A DNA stretch of 64,000 bases, taken from IMG/VR virus record IMGVR_UViG_3300006043_000050, positions 6,954 to 70,953 of that record. The stretch is one strand, 5' to 3'. Positions 18,941 to 28,777 of the stretch are shown here, piece after piece; position 1 is the first letter of the stretch; the number at the start of each line of letters is the position of its first letter. This DNA is from a virus. The position numbers were made by a program, and so were the translations under genes. Below the pieces are notes generated by a model that did not search any database, was not told where the DNA came from, and saw only the letters and a program-made list of their open reading frames with translations.

Positions 18941-19776
18941 GCGCCAGCACCGAAACGGTTGATGTGCTCAACGATCTTGGCACGCATGGTCTCAACCTTT
19001 TGAGTCTTCGCCAGCTTCAAGCCATTGCAACGAGTTGCCGCGAAGTTCACCAGTGCATCCTTGTCCTGCATCTGGTTGACCTGATCGATCACAGCGAAAT
19101 CTTCCTTGCGATCCTCGGTCTTGGCTTGCTGTTGCTTGCCCTGTTCCAGCAGTGCCTGGGTGTTGTCACTGGCTGCGGCTTCATCAGCCACTACCAGTTC
19201 ACACTCCTTGAACAGGTCGCAGTGGCGCAGCAGGGTACGAGCAACGCCGGTCGGCAGGCTGCGCACCTGGCCTTCATCGAAGGCGAGACCGGTACCGTAC
19301 AGATGGTCATTCCATTGCGGACGGCGGCCGATGTACTTCACGGCGATATGGCCGGCCTTGGAGGGCAAACCGCTGGAGGTAGGCGCAGCAGTCGCTGCCT
19401 TGGCCAGAGCCAGCGCAACGGCCTCTTCGGCATCCGGCAGATCTTTCAGCGCGCGCACAGTGGCATGCAGGACGGTTGCCTTTGCACGGTGCTCCAGGGG
19501 CAGGTCGGCAAAAGGCAAGATCAGCGGACTGGTTTTAGTCGTCGAGCCGACCTCCTCACCGAATACCCATCCATCAGCCACCTTGGCATCGAGCCACTTC
19601 TGATGCTCTTGCTCTGGGGTCAGGTCCGGGTTTTCGATGTAGGCAGTTACACCAGCAATAATCCCTTGCTGATAACTCTCATCGGCATCTTCCCAGGCGA
19701 CCGTTTCTTCGCCGAACAACTGGCCAACCGACGCGAGAAGCGCGTGAGCAGCGCCAGCAATTACCATTACTTTCAT
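18937..19776 (-). CDS. RyR-repeat-like domain protein
   Basis: EQEHQKWLDAKVADGWVFG...TKTSPLILPFADLPLEHRAK matches the RyR domain pattern. Confidence 0.65.
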   Translation of the reverse strand: MKVMVIAGAAHALLASVGQLFGEETVAWEDADESYQQGIIAGVTAYIENPDLTPEQEHQKWLDAKVADGWVFGEEVGSTTKTSPLILPFADLPLEHRAKATVLHATVRALKDLPDAEEAVALALAKAATAAPTSSGLPSKAGHIAVKYIGRRPQWNDHLYGTGLAFDEGQVRSLPTGVARTLLRHCDLFKECELVVADEAAASDNTQALLEQGKQQQAKTEDRKEDFAVIDQVNQMQDKDALVNFAATRCNGLKLAKTQKVETMRAKIVEHINRFGAGA

Positions 19777-19798
19777 GTTCTGCTCCCATTTGGAGAAA

Positions 19799-19826
19799 GG
19801 GCGAGCCGAATCACTCCGGCTCGCCC
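19799..19826 (-). terminator. Hairpin terminator after capsid-accessory gene
   Basis: 10-bp stem GGGCGAGCCG/CGGCTCGCCC followed by TTTCT on the minus strand. Confidence 0.6.
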
Positions 19827-19841
19827 TGGCTGGCCCAAGGA

Positions 19842-20315
19842 TTAACGCGGGCCTACTTGCTCACCACTGACCAGCACCTTGATATCGCTGACCTTGGCAT
19901 TGGCCGCGACAGCAGTGGTGAGGATCAGGCGTGCCGGCTTGGGCAGGGTCACCAGTTTGGAACCGGTGGCACGCTTGCGGCCGGCAGCAGCCAGGTCGAT
20001 GCCAGTACCGAAATAGACGTCATCCTGCGGAACAGCAGTGGAGTCCACGCCATCCTCGTACTTGAAGCCCAGCTTGCCGGTGATGGTTGCGGTCATGCCG
20101 GTAGTCACGAACACCGACGCATCATCCAGACGCAGGCCTTCCGGCAGCGGGCCGAGATCGATCACATCGCCAATGCCGATCGCTGCAGCGGAGTCGGAGT
20201 TGACCGCAGCACCTGCGGCATTGGTTGCGAGGGCGAACACCAGATTGGTGACGTTGCCATACGGGACGTTACCGAACTGGCGCAGGCTCAGGTTTTTGAG
20301 AGTCACATTAGCCAT
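19842..20315 (-). CDS. Capsid decoration/auxiliary protein
   Basis: 157 aa, beta-rich, directly after the major capsid gene. Confidence 0.6.
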   Translation of the reverse strand: MANVTLKNLSLRQFGNVPYGNVTNLVFALATNAAGAAVNSDSAAAIGIGDVIDLGPLPEGLRLDDASVFVTTGMTATITGKLGFKYEDGVDSTAVPQDDVYFGTGIDLAAAGRKRATGSKLVTLPKPARLILTTAVAANAKVSDIKVLVSGEQVGPR

Positions 20316-20377
20316 GATTGCCTCCAGAGGCTGATTGGCGAATGGGCAGATCTAGCCTGCCCAGTTGCTCGATTGGC

Positions 20378-21661
20378 TTACGCCTGGTTGAGAGGAACCA
20401 CGGTGTCCAAAACTGCGGCGCCGTAGTCGGTGAATTCCTTGCGCTCGCCGGTATCCACCTCGAAGCGGATCTTGGAGACGCCGCGAATGGTGCCGATCAG
20501 CAGCTCGACTTTGTCGCCGTGGTCCATTTCCTTCTCCGACCAGAAGAACGGAATACCGGAGCGGTCAGACTTCGCCAGGGCCTCTGCCACAGCCTGACCA
20601 CCCAGGATGATGGCGCGGTCAACTGCATAGGCAGTACCGAAGCTTTCCGGAATGATCACCGAGGACTCGGTTTCGCTGGTGTAACTGGCGCAGTACTTGA
20701 TCTGGCCGCCAGCGAAGAAGCGGATCGGGATGTTCTGCTTGATGATCAGGAAGTTGTTCCACAGACCAACTTCACCCCTGAAGATCGGGTGATTCTTGGC
20801 CTGCGAAGCACGCGCGAACGCGGCAGCCTGCATCGAGCGGAAGTTCGGATCGGCGGCGAACTGGTTGTACTGCAGCGGGGTCACCAGCATCACGCGCAGC
20901 GGCTCGTCCTCGGCGGCATCATCGCCTTCGAACTTGACGATCGGCGGCGGCAACACCATTTCATCCATCACCGAACGCATGGCATCCACGACGCTCATTT
21001 TCAGCACGTCGGTGCTGGCGATATCCATCTCGCCGGAATTCACCTTGAAGCCCGACACACCATTGCCATCAGCAACGAAGTGACGGTTACGGGTGGGCGC
21101 CTTCACGGTATTGACCATCACCTCGGCAAACGCAGGATCGCCTTCCAGCGGAACAGACCAGGTCTTGTTCCAGACATGGCCGCGAGCACCAGCTGCATGC
21201 ACAATCAGCGACTGGTCGCAGTAGCGATCCATGGTCGCCTGTGCCACCGGGCGGCCGAGCTTGCGGAAGTCGAAGGGCGAACGAATGTCCGTCATGGTGT
21301 CGCTGAGCTTCACCGGCAGACGCGCCTGGTTCACGCGCAGTCGATCCTGGCTCAGGCTCATGCCGGTACCGCGACCTTCCGCATAGGCACTGCCCATGAT
21401 CGGAATCGCACCGAACGGGTTCAGCAGGTTGAAGGTGATTTCGTCACCCATACCTTTGCTCAGATCCATACAGCGCACGATGGGCATGTGCACGCTGGTC
21501 TGGTTTTTCACCGTGGCAATGGCGCTGCCTTCAGTTTTGTCCATCTTGCCAATGAGGCGAGACAGCTTGTTGTTGCGTTTTAGGTGGGTAGCAAACAGGC
21601 CTGCCGCCTGCTGCACCATGTTCTGCTTGTCGCCGTATGGGGCGTGGGAATTACTCGGCAT
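20378..21661 (-). CDS. Major capsid protein (N4-gp56/DUF4043 type)
   Basis: 427 aa; DLSKGMGDEITFNL, EGRGTGMSLSQD and GEVGLWNNFLI motifs; follows portal and scaffold. Confidence 0.85.
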   Translation of the reverse strand: MPSNSHAPYGDKQNMVQQAAGLFATHLKRNNKLSRLIGKMDKTEGSAIATVKNQTSVHMPIVRCMDLSKGMGDEITFNLLNPFGAIPIMGSAYAEGRGTGMSLSQDRLRVNQARLPVKLSDTMTDIRSPFDFRKLGRPVAQATMDRYCDQSLIVHAAGARGHVWNKTWSVPLEGDPAFAEVMVNTVKAPTRNRHFVADGNGVSGFKVNSGEMDIASTDVLKMSVVDAMRSVMDEMVLPPPIVKFEGDDAAEDEPLRVMLVTPLQYNQFAADPNFRSMQAAAFARASQAKNHPIFRGEVGLWNNFLIIKQNIPIRFFAGGQIKYCASYTSETESSVIIPESFGTAYAVDRAIILGGQAVAEALAKSDRSGIPFFWSEKEMDHGDKVELLIGTIRGVSKIRFEVDTGERKEFTDYGAAVLDTVVPLNQA

Positions 21662-21688
21662 GACGCACTCCTTGAGATTCGTCTGGCC

Positions 21689-22729
21689 TTACAGGCCGTT
21701 CAAATAGCGTTCGATCTGCTCCTGCGACCAACCATCCATGGCGTTGATCAAGCCAACGCCATCCATGGAAGCCATCGCTTCGTTGGTGGTTGCAGGGCCA
21801 GTCCGAGCACCAGCGAAGTCGGACAGACTCGCCGGCGGCTCGGCCTTGGCCTTGGCCACAACTGCTTTCGCAGCAGCCTGCAGATCGGGTTTCTGTTCCT
21901 GAGTCATACCGGTGGCCGCCTTGAAGGCATCGATAGCCTCGATAACCTCCTGGGCGGTGCCGCTGGCCAGAACAGCCTTGTATCCGGCTTGGGCAAAGCT
22001 GGGTTGCGAGGCGATCCAGTCGGCAAGTTCCTTGCTCTCAGCGATCGACTCGACGTCGGGGTGTGCGGCCAGAATCGCGTCGAAGTGCGCCTTACCGGCG
22101 TCCTCGACATGGCGGTGCTGCATCGGCTCCAGCAGCTTCTTGAGCTGCTGCATCTCTTCCCTGAGCGACTGCGTTTTCTGATCGGCAAGCCGTTCGGCAA
22201 TCGCCGAAACGCCCTTGACCAGAGACTCTTCCGAGAAATCGCCGAACACTGCAGGGTCAATCCCTGCATCGATCGCAGCCTGTGCAGCTTCCAGATTCTG
22301 ATCCGCGGTGGTGGCGGCCTGTCCTGCATCCTTGCGCGCCTGCGCTTCAGCCCTGAGCGCTTCCAACTCAGCTTCTGCTGCCTCACGCTTCTCGCGTTCA
22401 GACTGCAGTTCCTGCTCGGCCGCCCTGGCCTTGGCTCGCTGATCAGCCAGCACACTGAAATCAATCGTGTGCTTCCCATCCTTGGCCAATACCACCGCAT
22501 TGTCCGAGTTAAAGCCGTCCAGCTTTTCCTCGGTAACCCCGTTGTTTCCAGCTTCCTGACCTTGCTGAGCGCCTGCATCATCCACAGCATCAGTAGCAGC
22601 GCCGGGCTCGCCGCCATCTTCCAGCGCATTGCTGGTATCGCCCTCTTCGCCCAGCCCCAAAAGCTGCGCGACCTGATCGCCATTCAGAGGCCCATCAAAG
22701 CTTCCGATTAACTCTTCTTGATTACTCAT
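21689..22729 (-). CDS. Scaffolding protein
   Basis: Acidic coiled-coil ORF between portal and capsid; start re-called at ATG 22729. Confidence 0.7.
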   Translation of the reverse strand: MSNQEELIGSFDGPLNGDQVAQLLGLGEEGDTSNALEDGGEPGAATDAVDDAGAQQGQEAGNNGVTEEKLDGFNSDNAVVLAKDGKHTIDFSVLADQRAKARAAEQELQSEREKREAAEAELEALRAEAQARKDAGQAATTADQNLEAAQAAIDAGIDPAVFGDFSEESLVKGVSAIAERLADQKTQSLREEMQQLKKLLEPMQHRHVEDAGKAHFDAILAAHPDVESIAESKELADWIASQPSFAQAGYKAVLASGTAQEVIEAIDAFKAATGMTQEQKPDLQAAAKAVVAKAKAEPPASLSDFAGARTGPATTNEAMASMDGVGLINAMDGWSQEQIERYLNGL

Positions 22730-22824
22730 GCCTTTCCCGCCACATATCGCCGTGGCCGCTTGAGCTCGGCAGATGCAAGGCGTTGCCACCTCGCGCTTCG
22801 CCAGGTAATCCCGGCTTGCGAATG

Positions 22825-22882
22825 AGTGTCCCGAAGGGGGCGAAAAAGAAAAAACCCTACAGGGGGTCAGCTCTGTAGGGCT
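22825..22882 (-). promoter_or_regulatory. Late-promoter motif copy E fused with the portal terminator
   Basis: Minus strand AGCCCTACAG-AGCTGACCCC-CTGTAGGGTT-TTTTCTTTTT; motif at 22853-22867, then GACACT 22 nt downstream. Confidence 0.75.
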
Positions 22883-22888
22883 TTCTGG

Positions 22889-25174
22889 TCAGGCGAGGTT
22901 GTCGGTGGTCCTGGCAGTTTCGATTCCCTGCATTCCGGTACCAGGCTCTGCTGGTACCGGCGGGAATGCCGGGCTGGTGTTCTCGCGCACTGGGGGTATC
23001 TCGCTATCAGGCCCACCTGGCTGCACATACGGTGATTTGATGTTCATCGCTGCAGTATCAGTCGCCTGCGGGAAGTTCGGGTCGTCGCCTCCCTTCTGCT
23101 TGTACCCTGCGCCCTTCATAATCTCGTCCGCCACAGGCGCAATCATCGGCATCTGAGCAATCTGAGCACCACCCTGCATGGCAGAGTAAGCCGCCTGCAC
23201 GCCGATCTGAACCGCCTGAGCCATGATCCTCTCGATCTCCGCCTCGTTGCGGCGTTCTTTAAGTGCCAACTCGCGCATCTTCAACTCGACACCAGACTTG
23301 GCCAGAGCATCTTCCACGGCCTGCTTGATGCGCTGCTCGACCTGCTCTGGAGTTTCTTGCTGCGAAGCCGCGCGGATAGCCTCGATCACGTCGCGCTTGA
23401 AAGGCACATCCATGAGGCTGACCAAGAACGGCATCATGGCCGCCTGGTAGTGCTGCGGCATGGGCTTCACCGCCTCAGAGAGTGCAGCCAGTTGCTGCGA
23501 GCGATAGCTGTTGGTGCTCGGCACGTCCTCGAGCGCGACTTTCAGGCGAGTACGCTGCAGGTCGTTCGACAGGTACGTGAATCCAGTGCCGTCCGTTTCC
23601 GGCTTGTTGATCACCACAGTGCGATCGGCACGGACTGCATCACCCTCGATGATGATCGTGTGCGGCTCACTCCCCAGATCCTTGACGATCATCGACAGCA
23701 GGATCTCGCCGATCATCGTCCGGCCGGCACGGAAGTTATCCATAATCCGCCCTAGGCTCTGATTGCTCTGTTCGATCTGCATCTGCTCTTGACGCCCGCT
23801 GGTGGCGGTACCTTCCTTGCCCATGAAGCCAGTCGTGACCGCCGATACACGCTGAATAGCTGAACGGTTGTCCTGCAGCATCTGGAACTGCTGAGCGTTC
23901 AGCTGGAAATCGCGCTCAATCTTGAAGATCGCGCCTTGCTTGGCCATGGCCGTGTCGTTGAGAACGATATCGGAATCAACGCGAGCCACCTGATTCCTCA
24001 CCTGGGCGTCAGACATATCAGTAGCGCCCTTGGTGCGAATGGTGCGCACTGAAGACATGCCCCAGCGCAGCTTGCTGATTCCGCTGTTCAGGCTGTCCTG
24101 CGGATAGATCATGCCGCGCACATATCCATAGGGCACGTTAGTGCTGTCCTCACGGAAGCCCCAGAACGGCACGTATTGGAAGTGGCGATGGCTGTACGGG
24201 GTCGGTCCATCAAACAGGCAGTGAGGGCCTAGCCAGAAACTACGGCGCACGCGAGCAACGACCGCGCGGGTGAATTGAGCGCGCCCGCTCGCCAGCGCGA
24301 CGACGTGATTGATGTTCCTCTCGTCGTACTCGACTACGCGACCGTTCGGCGTGCGGATAACGCCAACATCTACCCAGCGCCGGTACCAAACCTCTGCCAG
24401 GCATACTTCCTTGGAAGTCGGGTTGTACCAGCGCTCTTCACGCACCGACCAGGCACGACCATCAGCCCAGGCGTTCTGCAGCCCTGTCGACGCACCGCCA
24501 TCTGCTACCTCGATAGCGTGGCCAGCCCACCACGAAGGGCCGTTGCGCCCGATCATGGTGATCAGTTCCTTGTGCTGCGGGAAAACCCGGGCGATACGCT
24601 CGGGACGCATCCAGCGCTGGCGACGCAGCCAGTTGGCATCGCTCAGGTCTCGCTCCTTCGCGGTGAAATCCCAGTGAATCTCGTTACGATGCACAGCCAG
24701 GCAGCGATACGGGAACTTGAATGGGTCGCTCTCGCGGCTCACCTCTACCCAGCCGATGCCGACAGCGATCTGCGGCCGGAAGGCATCACTGCACGCATCG
24801 TCAGCCTTTGCATGCCGCTCTGCCTGATTCAGCTTGTAGTTCAGCGCATCGGCCACGTCCTGGCCGCCAACGTCACCATCCGGGGTCACGCGCCAGTCAG
24901 TGCGGGTTGCACTCTCGTAGCCCTGGATGGACAGCAGCGCTGGGCCGATCAGATCCTCGACCGCCGGCGGAATGCCCAGCGCACGCTGCCTGGCCAGCAG
25001 CTCGCTGTCGAGCTGGTTGCCGTCGGCATAGTCCATTTCCTTGTCGGCCGTGCTGCGCCACTTCGGCTGTTCCTCGATCTCATGCATGATCTCGGTGTAC
25101 TCGTCGAGCGTCAGCGCGAGCTCGTCTTTCGCCTCTTCGGTCTGGTCTGGGTGCTTGAGTGCGGTAGCGTCCAT
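22889..25174 (-). CDS. Portal protein (P22-like)
   Basis: About 760 aa directly after terL; DYADGNQ and YVPFWGFREDSTNVPYGYVRGMIYPQDSLN segments. Confidence 0.85.
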   Translation of the reverse strand: MDATALKHPDQTEEAKDELALTLDEYTEIMHEIEEQPKWRSTADKEMDYADGNQLDSELLARQRALGIPPAVEDLIGPALLSIQGYESATRTDWRVTPDGDVGGQDVADALNYKLNQAERHAKADDACSDAFRPQIAVGIGWVEVSRESDPFKFPYRCLAVHRNEIHWDFTAKERDLSDANWLRRQRWMRPERIARVFPQHKELITMIGRNGPSWWAGHAIEVADGGASTGLQNAWADGRAWSVREERWYNPTSKEVCLAEVWYRRWVDVGVIRTPNGRVVEYDERNINHVVALASGRAQFTRAVVARVRRSFWLGPHCLFDGPTPYSHRHFQYVPFWGFREDSTNVPYGYVRGMIYPQDSLNSGISKLRWGMSSVRTIRTKGATDMSDAQVRNQVARVDSDIVLNDTAMAKQGAIFKIERDFQLNAQQFQMLQDNRSAIQRVSAVTTGFMGKEGTATSGRQEQMQIEQSNQSLGRIMDNFRAGRTMIGEILLSMIVKDLGSEPHTIIIEGDAVRADRTVVINKPETDGTGFTYLSNDLQRTRLKVALEDVPSTNSYRSQQLAALSEAVKPMPQHYQAAMMPFLVSLMDVPFKRDVIEAIRAASQQETPEQVEQRIKQAVEDALAKSGVELKMRELALKERRNEAEIERIMAQAVQIGVQAAYSAMQGGAQIAQMPMIAPVADEIMKGAGYKQKGGDDPNFPQATDTAAMNIKSPYVQPGGPDSEIPPVRENTSPAFPPVPAEPGTGMQGIETARTTDNLA

Positions 25175-25185
25175 CTGATGGTTCC

Positions 25186-26466
25186 TCAAGTGCGCCAGTC
25201 GGGCGCTGGGGCTTCTTCGTATTTGGGTTCCATGTCGTTGGGCATCACCTCAACGGCCTGGCCGATGTAGCGGAACATGTCGGAGCCATGGCTGAACTCG
25301 TCGTGCAGCGGTCCCAGTGGCTCCCTGGTCTGAGCGTGCAGCGCACGGCGGTACCGTTTCAGGCACTCGATCAGTCGCGCAGTCTTGTCCTTGTCGAAAT
25401 AGCAGCGCGGAAACATCATGCGCACCGCCTTGATGCCTTCCTCGACACTGGTTTGTGCCAGGACGATTGGCTTTCTGCCCATCGCCTGAAGCTGCTCTTC
25501 GGTGCTCTTGCCGGTCTGGTAGTTGCGGGTGCGTCCGTCGTGCGGCAGGTAGTCATGGCCCCAGCGATAGGGGCGCTTCTCGATCTGCGCGACGTACCAG
25601 TCGAGCGTCCGGTGGCTGTCCTCGATGTAGTCGATGATTCGCACGTCCATCGGACCGCGCTGCACGAAGCCGATCGTCATCGCATCGTTCCAACCCAAGT
25701 CCCAGACCGTATGCACAGGAAGGGTCGGGTCATACGGCACACGCTGCACTCGGCCGCTGCTGATCAGGTCGATGATTTCGTGCTTGTAGATCGCGCCATC
25801 GGCCACAGTGCGCGGCTTGCCTTCCCAGATGTGTTCGTAGTCTTCCTGGGTCATGGAGCGCTTTGCGCGAAGGCGCTCGTCGTTGAGGACGGCCGGGAAC
25901 CAAGGGTTATCGCGCCAATTGATCTCGCACACCCACATGTCTTCGTCGGCGTTCTCGATGAAGCGCATGTAGGTTTCGTCGGTGTTCATGTCCGGGTTCA
26001 GGGTCAGCCAGATCTCGCTGCCCTCTTTCCGGATCGTCGGTACCAGCACGTCCCATGACTTCTTGCTAACGCCGTGAGCCTCTTCGACCCAGACGATATC
26101 GACACCCTCGAATGACTTGATCGAGTCGACGGTGTGCGACTGCAGGCCGGTGAACAGGAAGAGCGTGCCGTTTTTCCCGCGAATCTCGGTATCAAGCACG
26201 TCGTAAAACGATTCGAGGCCGAGCTTGACGATGTAATCCTTCAGCAGCCGGTGCACGGAATCGCGCATCGACTTCTGCACTTCCCGGGCGCAGAGGATGC
26301 GCAGCGGATTGCGCGCGCCCATATCGAGCAGCACCTGGGCGACACCATGCGACTTACCACCGCCGCGGCCACCGTGCATGACCTTGTAGCGCATCGCCTC
26401 GTACAGCGGCGCGAGCTTGTAGGGCAGCGTCAGGTTGAGCTGCAAGGGCTGCACGAAAGCGCTCAT
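25186..26466 (-). CDS. terL: Terminase large subunit (PBSX family)
   Basis: Walker A HGGRGGGKSH, CAREVQKSMRDSV, WVEEA, and a RNase-H-like C-terminus ending HDEFSHGSDMFRY. Confidence 0.95.
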   Translation of the reverse strand: MSAFVQPLQLNLTLPYKLAPLYEAMRYKVMHGGRGGGKSHGVAQVLLDMGARNPLRILCAREVQKSMRDSVHRLLKDYIVKLGLESFYDVLDTEIRGKNGTLFLFTGLQSHTVDSIKSFEGVDIVWVEEAHGVSKKSWDVLVPTIRKEGSEIWLTLNPDMNTDETYMRFIENADEDMWVCEINWRDNPWFPAVLNDERLRAKRSMTQEDYEHIWEGKPRTVADGAIYKHEIIDLISSGRVQRVPYDPTLPVHTVWDLGWNDAMTIGFVQRGPMDVRIIDYIEDSHRTLDWYVAQIEKRPYRWGHDYLPHDGRTRNYQTGKSTEEQLQAMGRKPIVLAQTSVEEGIKAVRMMFPRCYFDKDKTARLIECLKRYRRALHAQTREPLGPLHDEFSHGSDMFRYIGQAVEVMPNDMEPKYEEAPAPDWRT

Positions 26467-27056
26467 TCGTCTTCAGCCCTCGCCGGCGGACGCACGAATG
26501 TCACCGTGCTGGCTACCTGAATCGCGCCACCGTTGGCGCCAGTGTGCTCAGCGGTGATCTTGTCGCCGTACTTCTTGGGCGCCATCTTGCTAGCCAGCCA
26601 CTTGCGGGCATCGACACGCAGGCGGTTGCGCGCAACAGCAGTCGAGTCGAACACCACTTCGGTATGGCCTTCGCCGTCGTCATCGTGCGATCCGTGCTTG
26701 CTGGCCAGGATCATCGTGCACTCTTCGTCGGCGATGGACAGGATCTCTTCAGCGAGAAAATCGGCTTGAGCCTCGCGCGCACGCGCGTACTGTGCGCAAA
26801 ACTCGGCACGCTCTTCATCAGCCAGCCAGCGAATCACCGTCGATACGTCAGGCATTCCAGGCAGTGCGCAGGCCTTTCGCAGACTCATTCCCTCTGCAAT
26901 GGCAGCACACAACGCGATACCGATAGCCTCAGTGAATGAACTCGGCCTACCTGGCTTTCTGGTGCGCGCAGTCGAGCCGGTCGCCTTCTTCTTGGCTACC
27001 GGCTTCTTGACTGGCTTCTTGGGTACGGGCTTGGCGCCCTGATCTTTCTTGGTCAT
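26463..27056 (-). CDS. terS: Terminase small subunit
   Basis: GRPSSFT...IAEGMSLRKAC...QYARAREAQAD...RLRVDARKWLASKMAPKKYGDK. Confidence 0.9.
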   Translation of the reverse strand: MTKKDQGAKPVPKKPVKKPVAKKKATGSTARTRKPGRPSSFTEAIGIALCAAIAEGMSLRKACALPGMPDVSTVIRWLADEERAEFCAQYARAREAQADFLAEEILSIADEECTMILASKHGSHDDDGEGHTEVVFDSTAVARNRLRVDARKWLASKMAPKKYGDKITAEHTGANGGAIQVASTVTFVRPPARAEDE

Positions 27057-27062
27057 GCCCGG

Positions 27063-27106
27063 AGTCTTTCCGGGCGGGGGATAGGGTGTCGAACCCTACA
27101 GGGGGT
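27063..27106 (-). promoter_or_regulatory. Phage late-promoter motif, copy F (terminase operon)
   Basis: ACCCCCTGTAGGGTT (27092-27106), then AAGACT 23 nt downstream. Confidence 0.78.
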
Positions 27107-27219
27107 ACTGTCTATGGCCTATCCAGCGTTTTTTGGCCAGGCGTTGCGCCTGTACTGCCATCTAGATATCACTGAGCTACCATGCTGGGCTTCTAGGGAA
27201 ACCAGATACAAGGTTCATC

Positions 27220-27996
27220 ATGGAATACATCACATCGGCACTAAACAAGGTCTCGTCATTCTTCGGATCGCTCGACTACTCAATTCTTACGGGACTGATG
27301 GACCTGAACGATGCCAGAAACATCATGGCCATCATTGGCGGTGTATTCGTCATCAAGACAGCTATCAGCAAATGGGGGCATGCAGCAGTCTGTAGGGCAA
27401 AAATCTCGCACCGGCTCAATCGCGCCACAGGTGTAACCGACATTTCAATCGCAAACCTCAAAGACAAGCCGCTGATCGTTTACCAGATCATCGCAAGATT
27501 CGCTAAGTCGAAATCCTTCATCACGCTCAAAGAGTTCAGCCCGCCGCTAGTGGTGGATGGGCTAAAGGCCACCTCGGTAGTCATCGACGATTTTTCTTCC
27601 CTCAACTCGTCTCTTGATCCTTTTTCCGACCTATCGGACAGGATGGATATCCTGCTTTTGACGAATGACGCCATCTTCAAAGCAAAACGCGCAAAGGCTC
27701 CCGAGCAATTCATTGCCAAAGCAACGCGAGGCCACACAGAAATAACGAAATCGACCAAGAGGCTGAACGGCAAAGTGTATACGGATGATGCGGCATACGC
27801 TCTCAGCTATGAACATGAAGGAAAGCTTTGTATCAGTTTCCTGCTCAAGCACGGGTTTATCGTGGATGACTGGCCTTTTCACATCAACGCAATTCCACGA
27901 GAGTCCATGCAGAGCAAGGAATCGCTCGAAGAAGCTTTGTCAGCGCTTTCCGAAGAGATCCGCACCCCCATACATGCCCACAAGCTTGGTAGCTGA
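27220..27996 (+). CDS. Hypothetical membrane-anchored moron protein
   Basis: 258 aa, lower GC, opposite to the late operon; hydrophobic segment IMAIIGGVFVI; followed by a bidirectional terminator. Confidence 0.75.
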   Translation: MEYITSALNKVSSFFGSLDYSILTGLMDLNDARNIMAIIGGVFVIKTAISKWGHAAVCRAKISHRLNRATGVTDISIANLKDKPLIVYQIIARFAKSKSFITLKEFSPPLVVDGLKATSVVIDDFSSLNSSLDPFSDLSDRMDILLLTNDAIFKAKRAKAPEQFIAKATRGHTEITKSTKRLNGKVYTDDAAYALSYEHEGKLCISFLLKHGFIVDDWPFHINAIPRESMQSKESLEEALSALSEEIRTPIHAHKLGS

Positions 27997-28017
27997 ATCA
28001 CTAAGCATCCAAAGACA

Positions 28018-28044
28018 AGAAAGCCCGCACTCGGCGGGCTTTCT
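28018..28044. terminator. Bidirectional terminator
   Basis: AGAAAGCCCGC-ACTCG-GCGGGCTTTCT between convergent genes. Confidence 0.85.
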
Positions 28045-28057
28045 CTGCAGCGGTGGA

Positions 28058-28336
28058 TCAGGCGCTCGATCGCGCCCAGTGCAGCACCTGATCGCTCGTG
28101 CGGTTGAACACCATGCCGGCACTGGCGATACGCATGTCACTGCGCACTACGAGCCTGTCCGTGCGATCCAGCGAGCGAGGCTGCATCACGTCAGCCAGGT
28201 TGTGTTGCGCCACTGCAGCGATGTGCTGGTCGGCGTATGCCTGGACGGCCAGGTGATCGGCCGGTACCGGTGCGGCGAACGCCACACTGCAGGCCAGGTA
28301 CAGGATGGCGAAAACAGACAGCAGGACTTTCTTCAT
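28058..28336 (-). CDS. Small exported protein
   Basis: MKKVLLSVFAILYLACSVAFA signal peptide; lies downstream of late motif G. Confidence 0.7.
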   Translation of the reverse strand: MKKVLLSVFAILYLACSVAFAAPVPADHLAVQAYADQHIAAVAQHNLADVMQPRSLDRTDRLVVRSDMRIASAGMVFNRTSDQVLHWARSSA

Positions 28337-28375
28337 CTTCGGACGCCTCGACAGGTTGAGGTAGTTGGCAGCCCG

Positions 28376-28419
28376 AGTGTTTCGCTGGCGTCCCTGCCAG
28401 TTCAAACCTTACAGGGGGT
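28376..28419 (-). promoter_or_regulatory. Phage late-promoter motif, copy G (one mismatch)
   Basis: ACCCCCTGTAAGGTT (28405-28419), then AACACT 23 nt downstream. Confidence 0.65.
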
Positions 28420-28777
28420 CGGCCGGCGTGAAGGTCACATCGAACTCGCCCATCAGCGGCACCGCCTGACCATCAGCCTGGCCATTGCCATAGTGCAGAT
28501 GCCGGCGCTCGGTGCGCGCTTCTGCACGATCATCACCAGGGAAGTACTTCGCATTCATGTGCATGTGGTTGCAGATGATGCCGGCCATCGAACCAAGGGC
28601 AGCAGGATCTGCATCGGGTACCAGGCAACCAGTGCTCAGACTGCCGCCATCGATCTCGACCGAGAACACGGCGATCGGATCATCGCCGTGCTCGAATAAT
28701 TGAAGAGCGTAGTGGATGACCATAGGCATCATCTTCGCCTGCAGGTTAATGCCGCTTTCTTGAATTGGATTGCTCAC
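28409..28777 (-). CDS. Hypothetical protein
   Basis: GTG 28777 preceded by GGAGG. Confidence 0.6.
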   Translation of the reverse strand: MSNPIQESGINLQAKMMPMVIHYALQLFEHGDDPIAVFSVEIDGGSLSTGCLVPDADPAALGSMAGIICNHMHMNAKYFPGDDRAEARTERRHLHYGNGQADGQAVPLMGEFDVTFTPADPL

